Source: Octopus bimaculoides
Lineage: Eukaryota
Reading direction: 5' to 3'
DNA length: 60,680 nucleotides
Assembly: GCF_001194135.2 (NCBI RefSeq)
Contig: NC_069002.1
Span: forward strand, 36,864,807 to 36,925,486
Position 1 is the first letter of the stretch; each line of letters starts with the position of its first letter. The notes beneath the pieces were generated by a model. It saw only the letters and a program-made list of their open reading frames with translations. It did no database searches and had not been told where the DNA came from. Of the stretch, positions 49,483 to 60,680 are shown one piece after another. A program made the position numbers and the translations under genes.

Positions 49483-50261
49483 TTTGCCAATATTTCTTCC
49501 TCTTCCCAATAAACTACCACCCTCTTCTGCATCATTTCATTTTTCTCCTTCATTTCTTTATTTCTTCCTGGTTTTTGCTCCTTTTCCTCTTCTTTCTCTT
49601 TCTCTCCTTCTTTCTCTTCCTGCTTCTCTTCTTCCTTTTCTTCCCCCTCTTTTTTCCTTTTCCTCTTCTTCCTCATCTTTTACAGCCACTTTCTATGCTG
49701 TCATGGGTCAGATGAGTTGTCATGATCTGAAACGGTTCCTTTTCAGAGTTCCTGCCAGAAATTTTGTATTCATTCTTTCTAAAGATTTTCTCTGTGTCAG
49801 ACTTACAGTGAAACCCGTGGCCCCAGACTGGTCCCCTTCTGAGAATCAGATTGTTGGTGTAAGGGAGCTCCCATGGACAATCAGTCTTGAATTTGCCTGG
49901 AGATGCAGTTTTGAATTTCTACCATGGCAGAAAGCTTCTAATATCCTCTTGTTAAGGTAACCACAAGGAAAATTCTAAGCCAATAAGCTTGCATCTGTTG
50001 TCTTGGAGAGGCTGTCAACTTGGTTCCACACTCTCAGTGATTGCTTAGGAAACTAGGTTGTGTTAGCCAAACGCAGTGATATCTGTTGTTGCTGGTCTCT
50101 TGAGTCCGAGAAAGATGATTTTATCATTTCTTGCTGTACATCAGATCACTCTCTCTATCAAATCGATTTTGCCTGTATACACTGTCTGCACTGTGTGCCA
50201 CATGTCAAGTGTAGAATTGATCACAGTGCTATTAACAAAGTGGTAATTTGCAATTAGTTAA

Positions 50262-50480
50262 AGGTGGTGAGCTAGCAGAATCATTAGCACGCCAGGCAAA
50301 ATTCTTAGCAGCATTTCATCTGTCTTTATGTACTGAGTTCAAATTCCACTGAGGTCAACTTTACTTGCCATCCTTTCAGGGTCAATAAAATAAATACCAG
50401 TTGTGTACTGGGGTTGATGTAACCAACTAACCCCCTCCCTTGAAATTGCTAGCCTTGTGCCAAAATTTGAAATCCATAAT
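50262..50480 (+). mobile_element. tRNA-derived SINE (OR-like), full length
   Basis: aggtggtgagctagcagaatcattagcacgcc...gagttcaaattccactgagg...gccttgtgccaaaatttgaaatcc. Confidence 0.8.
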
Positions 50481-50627
50481 TAACAATTAGTTTAATTGAG
50501 GAATTTAGCATAAAAGTATCATAGATGTCCTCCAGGACTCAGTTCTTCCCCCCCCCCCTATTGTTTATGAAGAGTGTCTGCAATAAAATCTAAATTTCAT
50601 TTTTTCTGTTTCTTTTTTCTGTTTCAG

Positions 50628-50744
50628 TTAATAAGAAATAAGTCCTATGTGACATTGTGCCTGAACTTTGGAGCAGGATTAGGTCTTTTTACTGCATTAT
50701 CAACATTATTCCAGCAAATTCTATGTCCACGAGGTTACTTTAAT
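50628..50744 (+). CDS. SLC49A3: SLC49A3-like coding exon 6
   Basis: gtttcag|TTA; LIRNKSYVTLCLNFGAGLGLFTALSTLFQQILCPRGYFN; donor |GTAAGT. Confidence 0.93.
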
Positions 50745-51061
50745 GTAAGTGGTCAGTCTAATTTTTCTTTTATATGTCATTAGTCACTCATTGACTTATT
50801 ATTATTATTGGTTGGTCCAAGTTGGAGTTTCTTGGTTCTTCTGGAGCCAGGGGACTGCATCATTCATGCCGTTCCATACGTTGTATCCCTTGTATATTTT
50901 TATTGCATTTCACCATTTTTTCCATTTCTTTCCCCTCATCTTTTATGTATTCAATACCCCCACCACCACTACCCCCAAACTGTAGATTGTCCTTGTGATG
51001 TTCCCCCCTCATCTGTGCCGTTGTGGCTAAAGAGATATTATTATTATTATTTTTCTGTTAG

Positions 51062-51214
51062 AATTTCTCTGGCATGTGTGGTGCTTTGTTCATTGGAGCT
51101 GGTCTTGTCGGTGCTGCCCTAGCTGGTCCTCTGTTAGATTACACAAAGCGTTTTGAAGACATTATCAAGATTTCTTCTTGTATGACAACTTTGTGTAGTA
51201 TATTATTTTCAGTG
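51062..51214 (+). CDS. SLC49A3: SLC49A3-like coding exon 7
   Basis: ctgttag|AAT; NFSGMCGALFIGAGLVGAALAGPLLDYTKRFEDIIK...ILFSV; donor |GTAAGG. Confidence 0.93.
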
Positions 51215-51624
51215 GTAAGGCCCAATGTATTTTCTACCCTTTGATCTTATTGTTCAGTCAATATTGTTTTGTTTTTTTTAACCTTTTTCATTCCAACCTA
51301 CCCAAGACTACCCCTCATTCTCTGATATACAAATTCTTTGTTTTAAAATGACCTAAATTAAAATCTCCCACCAAACTTTCATGTTAATCTATGTTCCAAA
51401 CACCAGTTTAATAATGTCAACTTCACTTAAACATTGACTATTTCACTACATCTGATCATGTCAGTGACCAGGTCACAGTTTCTATGGTGAAAAGTTGGAC
51501 TCTAAATAATAAATGTTTACAGTTTTGTGTTAACAGTTTTGTGTGTGTTTCTGAATGGCTCAGAATACTTTTATTGCATTTTATGCTTTTATTTATGTGT
51601 TTCTTTATTTTTTTTAAAATTCAG

Positions 51625-51782
51625 GTTTCAGGCTTTGAAAACAGAAGAACTCTAATAGCAACAAGTATTTCTTTGTTAGGCATGTTTGGATTTTCCTTAT
51701 ATCCGTCATGTATGGAAGCATCTGTAGAATGTACTTTCCCTGTTGCTGAAGCAACCAGTTCTGGTCTATTGGTGATAGTAGG
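51625..51782 (+). CDS. SLC49A3: SLC49A3-like coding exon 8
   Basis: attcag|GTT; ...LLGMFGFSLYPSCMEASVECTFPVAEATSSGLLVIV; donor GG|GTAAGT (phase 2). Confidence 0.95.
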
Positions 51783-53483
51783 GTAAGTCGATGACCTTAC
51801 CTTTTTTTTTCTTTTTTACAGGGTTATTATTCATTGCTTTTTCTTTTTATTGTTACTCTATTGAAAAGTGGTGGTGGTGGTGGTGGTGGTGGTGGCAATG
51901 AGGATGATGATGGGCTGGGGGACAATTTTAAGCCAAGGGAGGGCTCCAAGTACACACACGAGCAGAGGATGCTATGATGAATTTTTAGTATATCATTGTG
52001 GCTAATGGTGGAAGTTCAAACCCTCAACACTTCTTGGTCGGGAGTGATATACAACCACATGAAACAGAAAACATCAACCTTCAGTTTTTGTTTGAGTAGA
52101 GGACTCCACTGACAATTTTCTAATTGGGCCCTCACTTCATAGCACTGGCCTTGGATGGTGGTGGAGAGGATGGTTGTGATAGTGGCACATACCTAGTGAC
52201 TGCGGGAATGGTAATATTTTTATCTTTTAGTTTAGAAATAAAATCCCTACTTTGAATTCACTGTGCTATTCTGTAATGTATCCCATCTGGTTACTCTCTA
52301 TATATATCCAAGCCAATTAAGCCATAGTGTAGAGGTCCTCATTGTTGTTTTATCTTCACTTTTACCTTGCTAGTATGAGTTGGGTGTGACTGCTTGAGAA
52401 GTATTCTGTGACCTAGATGACCTTCCTGATGCTAACTTGTGTGTAGGTAGAGTAACTTTATTCCGCTGGTCTTCACATGTGAAGCCACTGGGCAGTGGGA
52501 GATATTGTTTGTCTGGGATTTATATAAACATCACTGCTGTCCAAGTAGTGGCAATATAAAGACAAAGACACACACCACACATACACACATGCATGCATAC
52601 ACACTTGCATGCATACACACACAGGCATGCATACACAAATACATACTCATGCATACACGCACACTGACATATACGACAGGCTTCCATGTAGTTTCTGTCT
52701 ACTAAATTTCGTTTGCAAGGCTCCTTATATAGTGTCACATATACAAACAACATACATTATATACAATTTATTTTACAAACAGAACTAGATTAATGATTCA
52801 TTTTTCAAAACAATTAACTTCATCTTTAGAAATGGAAGATTTTTCAAGATGTAGCTATATGGTTAGGAAGGTTGCTTTGCAACCAAATGGTTTCAGTTTC
52901 AATCCCACTACATGGTCTCTAGGATAAGTACCAGTAATTGCAAGACAAAACAAAATATTCTACTCAACTCTTTTTAATTCTTGACTGTTTTTGGAAGTAA
53001 CTGAAATACATAAGTGGTGTTTTTCATTAGAAATATAATAATGGAAGGGCCTATAATGTGTGTTACAGACCATTCCTACTTGATAGTGATGTTGGTTCCA
53101 AAAATTTTAATTATTCATTGCTGAAAACAAAATGATGGCAAAGACAGTTTACAAAATAATTGCATATTTTCTAACAGCGTTTTGTTGTGGACTTCAGCCC
53201 TTTTCCGTTAATCCAGTATTATCCAGTCTGAATATTCTTCAGGTTCTATGTTCAAACCAGCCAGATTCAGCCTCTCACACCTACCCTTCAGTGTCTTTCT
53301 GAAATTGAACAATCATATCATCAACATTTAAGGCTACAACATAATGGATGATGAATTCAAAACTGAATAAACAAACACTACATTTTAAAGAATAATCTAA
53401 ATACTAAAGAGTTAACCAAAAAAATTAATTTTGTATTACATGGATATAAAGTTATGTGTAACGTTCTTGTATTTCTTTCTTAG

Positions 53484-53608
53484 ACAAATTTTGGGTGTGA
53501 TATTCATTGTGGTGATGCAGGTTCTAGCCCAACCGATGTCTGCCAGTGAAAGCAGAAACAGCACTTGCAAAACCAATAGCTTATCAACAGAAACGTTAGA
53601 TTTTACAA
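53484..53608 (+). CDS. SLC49A3: SLC49A3-like coding exon 9
   Basis: ttcttag|A; (G)QILGVIFIVVMQVLAQPM...STC...ETLDFT; donor A|GTGAGT (phase 1). Confidence 0.9.
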
Positions 53609-53754
53609 GTGAGTAACCAGAACATTCTTATGTTGTTGCAGTTTAACCTCAGTTGACCACCCCGCCGCCTCCCCAACTGAGAACACCTGTGATCAATGGA
53701 CATTCCATCCTATTTTTTACACACATAAAGTTGCCTAGACATGTGTGTATGTGT

Positions 53755-53788
<34 letters not shown>

Positions 53789-54889
53789 TCTTACACTCGT
53801 TCATACAAGCATCCATGAAGATGCAAGCATACACACATGTGGTTTGGTGCACTTACGTTCACATAGCAAATGAGATAGTAACTTGGTATTTATAAAAATG
53901 GGGAGGTTAGAGCTAAATTTAATTCAGAGGAAGAGCAGACTGATTAATAATATTAGAATATAAATTTAATTCGTCCATACCTGAAGGTGAATTATGATTA
54001 TTAATTAGGTTAACAATTACTCAAATTCATTCCCACTGCATTGTGCGGATGTACATTTATAATCATGTAAGCATCTTGAGAGTCTTTCAGAAATTCTATT
54101 AATGATCTTCTCATTGGTCCACAGAACAGACCAGGGATTCTTTGCAGCAGAGTCAGCATCTCCTGGAAATTATATGATTTTGCATATTTTACTATGGACC
54201 AAGTTATGTTATACTAAATTTTATCTTCCTTAAGTCACCACGCAAAAACGGCCAAAGATGTTGAATGTCTCTTATTGAATATCTTGAAGCTGGTGACATG
54301 GTTGCAATAACAGTTCTTGAATGAATCAGCCATTGCCCCAATGTGTGCATGGTACATTTATAGTCAATATTTGTACTCATACAGAAGTTCACCAATGGGC
54401 ATCTGATTCTTCTCTGCATGAGCATTTAATCATATTTATTTGTATATATGGCTATTCTGACTTCATTTTCTGACATTGTTAACATGTTAGCTATAATCAC
54501 AATCATTTCTATGATCATGATTTGCCCATGAGGGATCAATGCTGGATGGGTTGAAACAATTGTCATGAATAAATAAAAATTCTCATGTCTTCCATCTCTC
54601 ATTAACCAAATATGTATGTATGTGTGTGTGCATGTATGTATATATGTATGTATGTATGTGTGCATGTATATATAGATATTTGTAAAGAATAAAAAGTTTA
54701 GAATGGTACAATAATGCACTATAGAACAAAAAATGGACTATATACCTGTTGTAATTTGGTTGTCTATAGTCTGATGATATTTCGGAATTACAATTCCTTC
54801 TTCAGATCTTCTTAGCTGGAGTCTCTGCTATAAACTATTTGTATATAAGCTGATTTCTTTACCTACAAATTCATCTATTTTTCTTGCAG

Positions 54890-55074
54890 TCTCTAATTTC
54901 TTTGGAAGTGGTGTATTGGTCCTGTTTTGTGTTTTGTCCCTGGTCTTCTTCTTCCACCCTGAACTGAAACGTCTAACTGCTGAGAAGAAAGCTGCTGCCC
55001 AAGACATCATTTCAGCCATAAGAAATGCAGAAAACGACACATCATCAGTCATCCAGAACGAAATAACTGAATAA
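54890..55074 (+). CDS. SLC49A3: SLC49A3-like coding exon 10 (last)
   Basis: tcttgcag|TC; (I)SNFFGSGVLVLFCVLSLVFFFHPELKRLTAEK...EITE*. The FF.xxxKRL.AE motif is the SLC49 C-terminal signature. Confidence 0.92.
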
Positions 55075-55119
55075 GCAAGCAATAGTACATTTTGTTTTAC
55101 TTATTAATATGTGTGTGTA

Positions 55120-55164
<45 letters not shown>

Positions 55165-55929
55165 NNNNNNNNNNNNNNNNNNNNNNNNNNNNNNNNNNNN
55201 NNNNNNNNNNNNNNNNNNNNNNNNNNNNNNNNNNNNNNNNNNNNNNNNNNNNNNNNNNNNNNNNNNNNNNNNNNNNNNNNNNNNNNNNNNNNNNNNNNNN
55301 NNNNNNNNNNNNNNNNNNNNNNNNNNNNNNNNNNNNNNNNNNNNNNNNNNNNNNNNNNNNNNNNNNNNNNNNNNNNNNNNNNNNNNNNNNNNNNNNNNNN
55401 NNNNNNNNNNNNNNNNNNNNNNNNNNNNNNNNNNNNNNNNNNNNNNNNNNNNNNNNNNNNNNNNNNNNNNNNNNNNNNNNNNNNNNNNNNNNNNNNNNNN
55501 NNNNNNNNNNNNNNNNNNNNNNNNNNNNNNNNNNNNNNNNNNNNNNNNNNNNNNNNNNNNNNNNNNNNNNNNNNNNNNNNNNNNNNNNNNNNNNNNNNNN
55601 NNNNNNNNNNNNNNNNNNNNNNNNNNNNNNNNNNNNNNNNNNNNNNNNNNNNNNNNNNNNNNNNNNNNNNNNNNNNNNNNNNNNNNNNNNNNNNNNNNNN
55701 NNNNNNNNNNNNNNNNNATTTTGTATCATGACTGTGGAACCAAATCTGTTTTTATTTATTTTTGTTTTAAAAATAAACATTGCATTAATTCCAAAGAATT
55801 GTGCAATATGTTTCCTGAATAACAGAACCTTTTTTCTGTGTATGTGTGAAAGCCAGTGGGGTGAAGAGAGAACGTTCTAGAATAAGTGTCTTTCTTAATG
55901 AGGGAAGGTCATATATGGAGTTATACTCC

Positions 55930-56230
55930 ACTGTGAGGAGTTTACTCTTTTACTTGTTTCAGTCATCTGACTGCGGCCATGCTGGAGCACCGGCTTTAGT
56001 CAAGCAAATCGACTCCAGGACTTATTCTTTGGAAGCCTAGTACTTATTCTATCAGTCTCTTTTGCCGAACCGCTAAGTTAAAATGGTTGGCATTAGAGAG
56101 GGTATCCAGCTGTAGAAACCCTGCCAAAGCAGATAGAGTGTGATGCTGTGCTACGGTACATTGGACTCTGTCAAACCATCTAACCCATACCAGCATGAGA
56201 AACAAAACATTAAATGATGATGATGATGGT
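55930..56230. mobile_element. Composite SINE fragments (antisense SINE 3' end followed by a (GAT)n-tail element)
   Basis: ttttacttgtttcagtcatctgactgcggccatgctggagcac..., then ggttggcattagagagggtatccagc...ttaaatgatgatgat. Confidence 0.65.
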
Positions 56231-57884
56231 ATATTAAGATGATTGTATATTGTGGCTTAAAAATCAATTGTTTTACATAGAATGCCTCATCTTTAGAGAG
56301 AGATAAAGCATATTTTTATTATTTACATTTTACATTTGTAAATCTATCAAACTTCATTTCATTTCTAAGATGATGTTGAAAGTCTGAAAAATGATTATCT
56401 TATTAACTTTAAACAGTTAATTAAAAAAAAAAAGCAATCTAATGAGTAAAATTTAAAAAAANNNNNNNNNNNNNNNNNNNNNNNNNNNNNNNNNNNNNNN
56501 NNNNNNNNNNNNNNNNNNNNNNNNNNTTTTATACCTTTAATGTATGGTTGCTGGAATTTTTTTAAAATTTTTTTTTTTACATATACAAAATCTTTTCACA
56601 GGGTCCAAGAAGAAAATAAAAAAAAGAATGTAAGCAATCCCTACAATAAATAATCTAAAATCATTTTTTTCCATTCAAGTTCAAAAAAATTCATCTTGTT
56701 TTAATATACTTTTCCTGCTTCTATGACCAGATGATGTATTTTCTCTGAAATTTATTGAAAAAGGGGTTTACCTTTTCAATTACAAAATTCAAAATTTCAT
56801 TTTTTTTTTCATGTCCAAAGCACAAAGTTAATCACTGAAAACAAAATCAAATGAATTTGAAATTCTGTGGCTGGGAGTGTTGCATTTTTTTTTTTTTTTA
56901 TTATATTCTCTAAAGAAAATAAATTTTATAATTTTAATTGAGAAACTTAAAAAAAAACCCAACTTATTTCTTGTTATTTGAAGCATTTTGTTTTCTTTTA
57001 AAGAAATGAGAAACATTTTGCTGTTGGTGTTACATACTGTGTGTGTGTGTGTGTTATGTGTGTATAACAATTTAATGAAACTCACAACTTCATATCCCAC
57101 AGCTATAACATTCACCAAGTATCACTGATCTACATTCAAATACCTGAGTTAAACCATTATTGAATTGCTTATTACTGTGTCTCCTACACCACTCAGATAC
57201 TACTAACCCGTTTGTCTTTCCACTTCTTATCAATTTTGGGGTGTCCAACCCTCTTCAGCCCCATTAAACTAAAGTTCTTACTCCCTAGAATATTATCCTT
57301 CTAGATTCTTCTTCAGAACATTCATGGCATCAATCTCAGAAGCCATGAAGAGGTCATCAACATGGCCCAACAAATGAATAGCTCAAATATGTTTTTCCAC
57401 TCTACCAGAGGTGTATATGTGTGTATATATGTGTAATCATAAATGTTAGTCAGAGGTTACCAATTGTAACAGTAGATGCAGTAATTTGTTTTGAGTAACG
57501 AGTATGTTGATGTTGATGTTGCAGATGTGAAAGAACAACAATGGTTGAAGTTGATGTTGACTCCAAACTTTATTTACCATTAATTTATGTAAAGCCACAC
57601 ACAATGGCAGGCGTGTCTCATATAATCGAGAGGAAGGTGATGGCCTCGGTTTATTGATCAAAATGATCACACCATCTAAGGAAGGAGGAAACTTTTCAAA
57701 TATAAAGTGGAAGTATACAAAAATAGACATTGTTTTCCCTCTTACTGTTTTGTTTCGTTTTGAAAAATAAAAAATTATTTTATGGTTTGTTATCGTTTAT
57801 ATTTTGAATTACATAATCTTTTATGGGGGCACCAAAATCTTTTAAATGCTTAGGGCCTCGATGGGTCTTAATCCGGCCCTGGTT

Positions 57885-58200
57885 GTTGTGCATGGCTAGC
57901 TTTGAACTGGATGATCACCCTCCCTATGTTAGAGATTTGGTTTCATCTGACTATCGTCTGTTTCCTAACATGAAATCATTTGGCTAAGCACTAATATCTC
58001 TGGGATGATGATGTCTTGTCAGCTGTTGATGGCTTTTTTGATCAGCAGGATAGCTTCTTCACCAATGTGATCCAAGCACTGCAACAATGATGGAAGTTTG
58101 TGGACAGTAAAAGGAACTATGTTTAAAAATGAACTTCATTTGGTCCCATTCTATGGAGAGTGTCTTGCTCAGCCTATGAACATTTCAGCCAACCCTCATA
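57885..58200 (+). mobile_element. mariner 3' fragment with terminal inverted repeat (same family as 4990-5418)
   Basis: gatcaccctccctatgttagagatttggtttcatctga...tttcctaacatgaa aligns with 5340-5400. It ends aacatttcagccaaccctca-ta, a mariner TIR followed by TA. Confidence 0.75.
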
Positions 58201-58597
58201 ATAATAACAATTATTATTATACTTGCCTTTGTATTAATATCAACATTGAAAAAAATCCACTTTTTTGTAAAAAAAATTTTGTACCCACTAAGCAAATTTC
58301 GTTCCCGGACCAATGGTGCCACGCAGTGGGACTGAACCTGGAGCCATGTGGTTGGGAAGTATTCTGCTTGCCACACAGCCGCGCCTGCACCTAAATTCCT
58401 GTGAAAATTATTTCAGTACCGATTTCACCGTAATTTTATTTAAATTGCTCGTTTAATTTAACAATATTTCGATATTACTGTTTGGTATGAATTCTAATAC
58501 GTGGTATTACAATACCGGATTACAAAGGTAGGTTGTCGTTATAATCCGTTTACTTCAATAGCAAGGTAAATATGACTGAATTATGTCCCTTGGTCCA

Positions 58598-58680
58598 AGG
58601 CGGCGAGCTGGCAGAATCGTTAGCGCTGCAGGCAAAACGCTTAGCGGCAATTTCGTCCGCCTTGTCATTGAGTTCAAATT
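58598..58680 (+). mobile_element. OR-like SINE tRNA head, truncated by a gap
   Basis: aggcggcgagctggcagaatcgttagcgctgcaggcaaaacgcttagcggc...gagttcaaatt. CpGs are retained. Confidence 0.75.
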
Positions 58681-58780
58681 NNNNNNNNNNNNNNNNNNNN
58701 NNNNNNNNNNNNNNNNNNNNNNNNNNNNNNNNNNNNNNNNNNNNNNNNNNNNNNNNNNNNNNNNNNNNNNNNNNNNNNNN

Positions 58781-60569
58781 CGAACGAAAGTACAAACTAA
58801 CGAACGAACGTACGTATGTAAGAACGAACGTACGAAAGAACGAACGTACGTACGTACCAATGAACGGACGAACGAACAAACGAAAGAACGAACGATCCAA
58901 CGAATGAACGAACGAACGAACGAACGAACGTACGAACGAACGAACGAACGAACGAACGTACGTACGTACGATAGAACGAACGTACGTACGAATAAACGGA
59001 CGAACGAACGAACATACGTAAGGAGGAACGATCGAATAAACGAACGAACGAACGACCGAACGAACAAACGAAAGGACGAACGTACGTATGTACGTACGAA
59101 CAAATGATGGAACGAACGTACGTTCGTACGATCGAACGAATGAAATAACGAACGAATGTATAAAGAAACGAACGAATGAGCATTTGTACGTACATCCGGA
59201 CGATGGACCGAACGTACGTACGTACGAATGAACGAACGAAACTAACGAATGAACGAAAGAACAAACGTACGTACGAACAAACGAACGAACGAACGAACGA
59301 ACGAAGGTACAAACTAACGAACGAACGTACGTATATAAGAAAGAAGGAACGAAAGAACGAACGTATGTACGTACGAACGTAAGAACGAATGTACTTACGT
59401 ACGAATAAACGAACGAACGACCGAACGAAAGGACGTACGTACGAACGAATGATCGAACGAACGATCGAACGAAAGAACGAACGAACGAACGAACGAACGT
59501 ACGTACGTACGAACGAACGAACGAACGAACGGACGAAAGAACGAAGGAATGAACGATCGAACGAAAGAACGTACGATCGAACGAACTCACGTACGTACGA
59601 ACAATGAACGAACGAACGAACGAACGAAAGTACAAACTAACGAACGACCGAACGAACGTACGTACTTACGAATAAAGGAACGAACAAAAGAACGATCGAA
59701 CGGACGAAGGTACAAACTAACGTACGAACTTACGTACGTACGAACGAATGACCGAAAGAACGAACGTACGTACGTACGTACGAATGAACGATCGAACGAA
59801 CGAACGAACGATCGAACGAACGAACAAAAGAACGAACGAACGTACGTACGAACGAACGAACGAACCGACGAACGATTGAGCGAACGAATGTACGTACGTA
59901 CGTACGTATGTACCTAGGAACGAAAGAACGAACGTACGTACGTACGAACGAACGAACGAACGAAAGAAAGAATGAACGAACAAACGAAACTAACGTATGA
60001 ACGAAACTAAAGAACGAACGAAAAAACAATAGAAGAAACAATCAATCGAACGAAACAAATAAACGAACGAACGAACGAAAGAAAGAAAGATAGAACGAAC
60101 GAACGAACGAACGAACGAACGAACGAACGAACGAACGGAAGATCAAACTTACGTACGTACGTAGGAACGAACAATCGAACGAACGAACGTACGTACGTAC
60201 GTATGTACGTAGGCACGAAATAATCGAACGAACGAACGATTGAACGTCCGTACATACGTCCATTCGTACGAACGAACGATCGAACGAACGAACGAACGAA
60301 CGAACGAACAAACGAACGAACAAACGAACGTACGTAAGTACGTACGAAGGAGTGAACGAACGAAATGAACGATCGAACGAACGAACGAACGAACGAAAGA
60401 ACGTACGTACGAACGTATGAACGAACGAAAGATCGAACGTACGTAGGAACGAACGAACGAAACTAACGAACGAACAAAACTAACGCATGAAGGAACAAAC
60501 GAACGAACGAAAGAAAGAAAGAACGAACGAACGAACGAACGAACGAACGAGAGAATGAACGAGCGAACA
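58781..60569. repeat. Degenerate (AACG)n/(TACG)n tetranucleotide satellite, ~1.8 kb
   Basis: Continuous gaacgaacgaac/gtacgtacgtac with the recurring marker gtacaaactaacg at about 58790, 59307, 59630 and 59710. Confidence 0.95.
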
Positions 60570-60570
60570 A

Positions 60571-60680
60571 TCCCGAGGCAGTAACATGCGCCTGGGGCCA
60601 CAAGTACATGCCCGAGGCTGTAAGTACGTGCCTGTGGCCACAAGAACGAGACCAGGGCTATAATTACGTGCCCGGTGCCG
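60571..60680. repeat. GC-rich 20-bp minisatellite with alternating A/B units
   Basis: Units start at 60571, 60591, 60611, 60631, 60651 and 60671. A is about CCCGAGGCTGTAAGTACGTG and B is about CCTGGGGCCACAAGTACATG. Confidence 0.75.

Noticed and set aside
49483-49560. LPLPNKLPPSSAS as the missing PPTPPS exon of the transporter
   Set aside because: This is low-complexity pyrimidine sequence with no suitable donor and no real similarity.
12860-55880. ORFs containing long X runs or (YI)n/(CV)n/(HT)n peptides
   Set aside because: They are artefacts of N gaps and dinucleotide microsatellites.
8113-58680. tRNA-like A/B-box heads as tRNA genes
   Set aside because: Each head continues into a SINE body and none forms a complete cloverleaf.
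58550-60643. Many long ORFs (up to 361 aa) of RSFV/RTNE repeats
   Set aside because: They are translations of the AACG/TACG satellite, which is poor in stop codons.
58781-60680. CRISPR-like repeat array
   Set aside because: This is eukaryotic DNA with no unique spacers and no cas genes; the repeats are simple tandem satellites.

Overview
AT-rich, intron-containing animal genomic DNA from a gapped draft assembly, with many N runs flanked by (TA)n/(CA)n microsatellites. The SINE/RTE repeat content is of the kind I recognise from octopus, so the species assignment (Octopus sp.) is an inference. Three protein-coding genes can be built by hand. (1) YPEL5 (+, 11823-12191) has a single-exon, GC-rich CDS. 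(2) LRRIQ3 (-) has 5 coding exons from 31747 to 22872, about 739 aa, plus a probable non-coding first exon at about 34508-34590 beside a palindromic RFX X-box. (3) An SLC49A3/MFSD7-like MFS transporter (+, 39595-55074) has 9 visible coding exons; one expected exon is missing and probably lies in the 48951-49482 gap. The rest is decayed RTE/RTE-X/CR1-type LINEs, tRNA-derived SINEs, Tc1/mariner relics, MITEs and microsatellites. The window ends in a ~1.8-kb CpG-dense (AACG/TACG)n satellite that turns into a 20-bp minisatellite. The most unusual object is a ~415-bp fold-back palindrome (1544-1958). Its centre carries a minimal Penelope-type hammerhead ribozyme motif with a palindromic stem III. 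Most ORFs in the supplied track are spurious (microsatellite, gap-spanning or antisense). Repeat boundaries are approximate and all calls were made by eye, without database searches.
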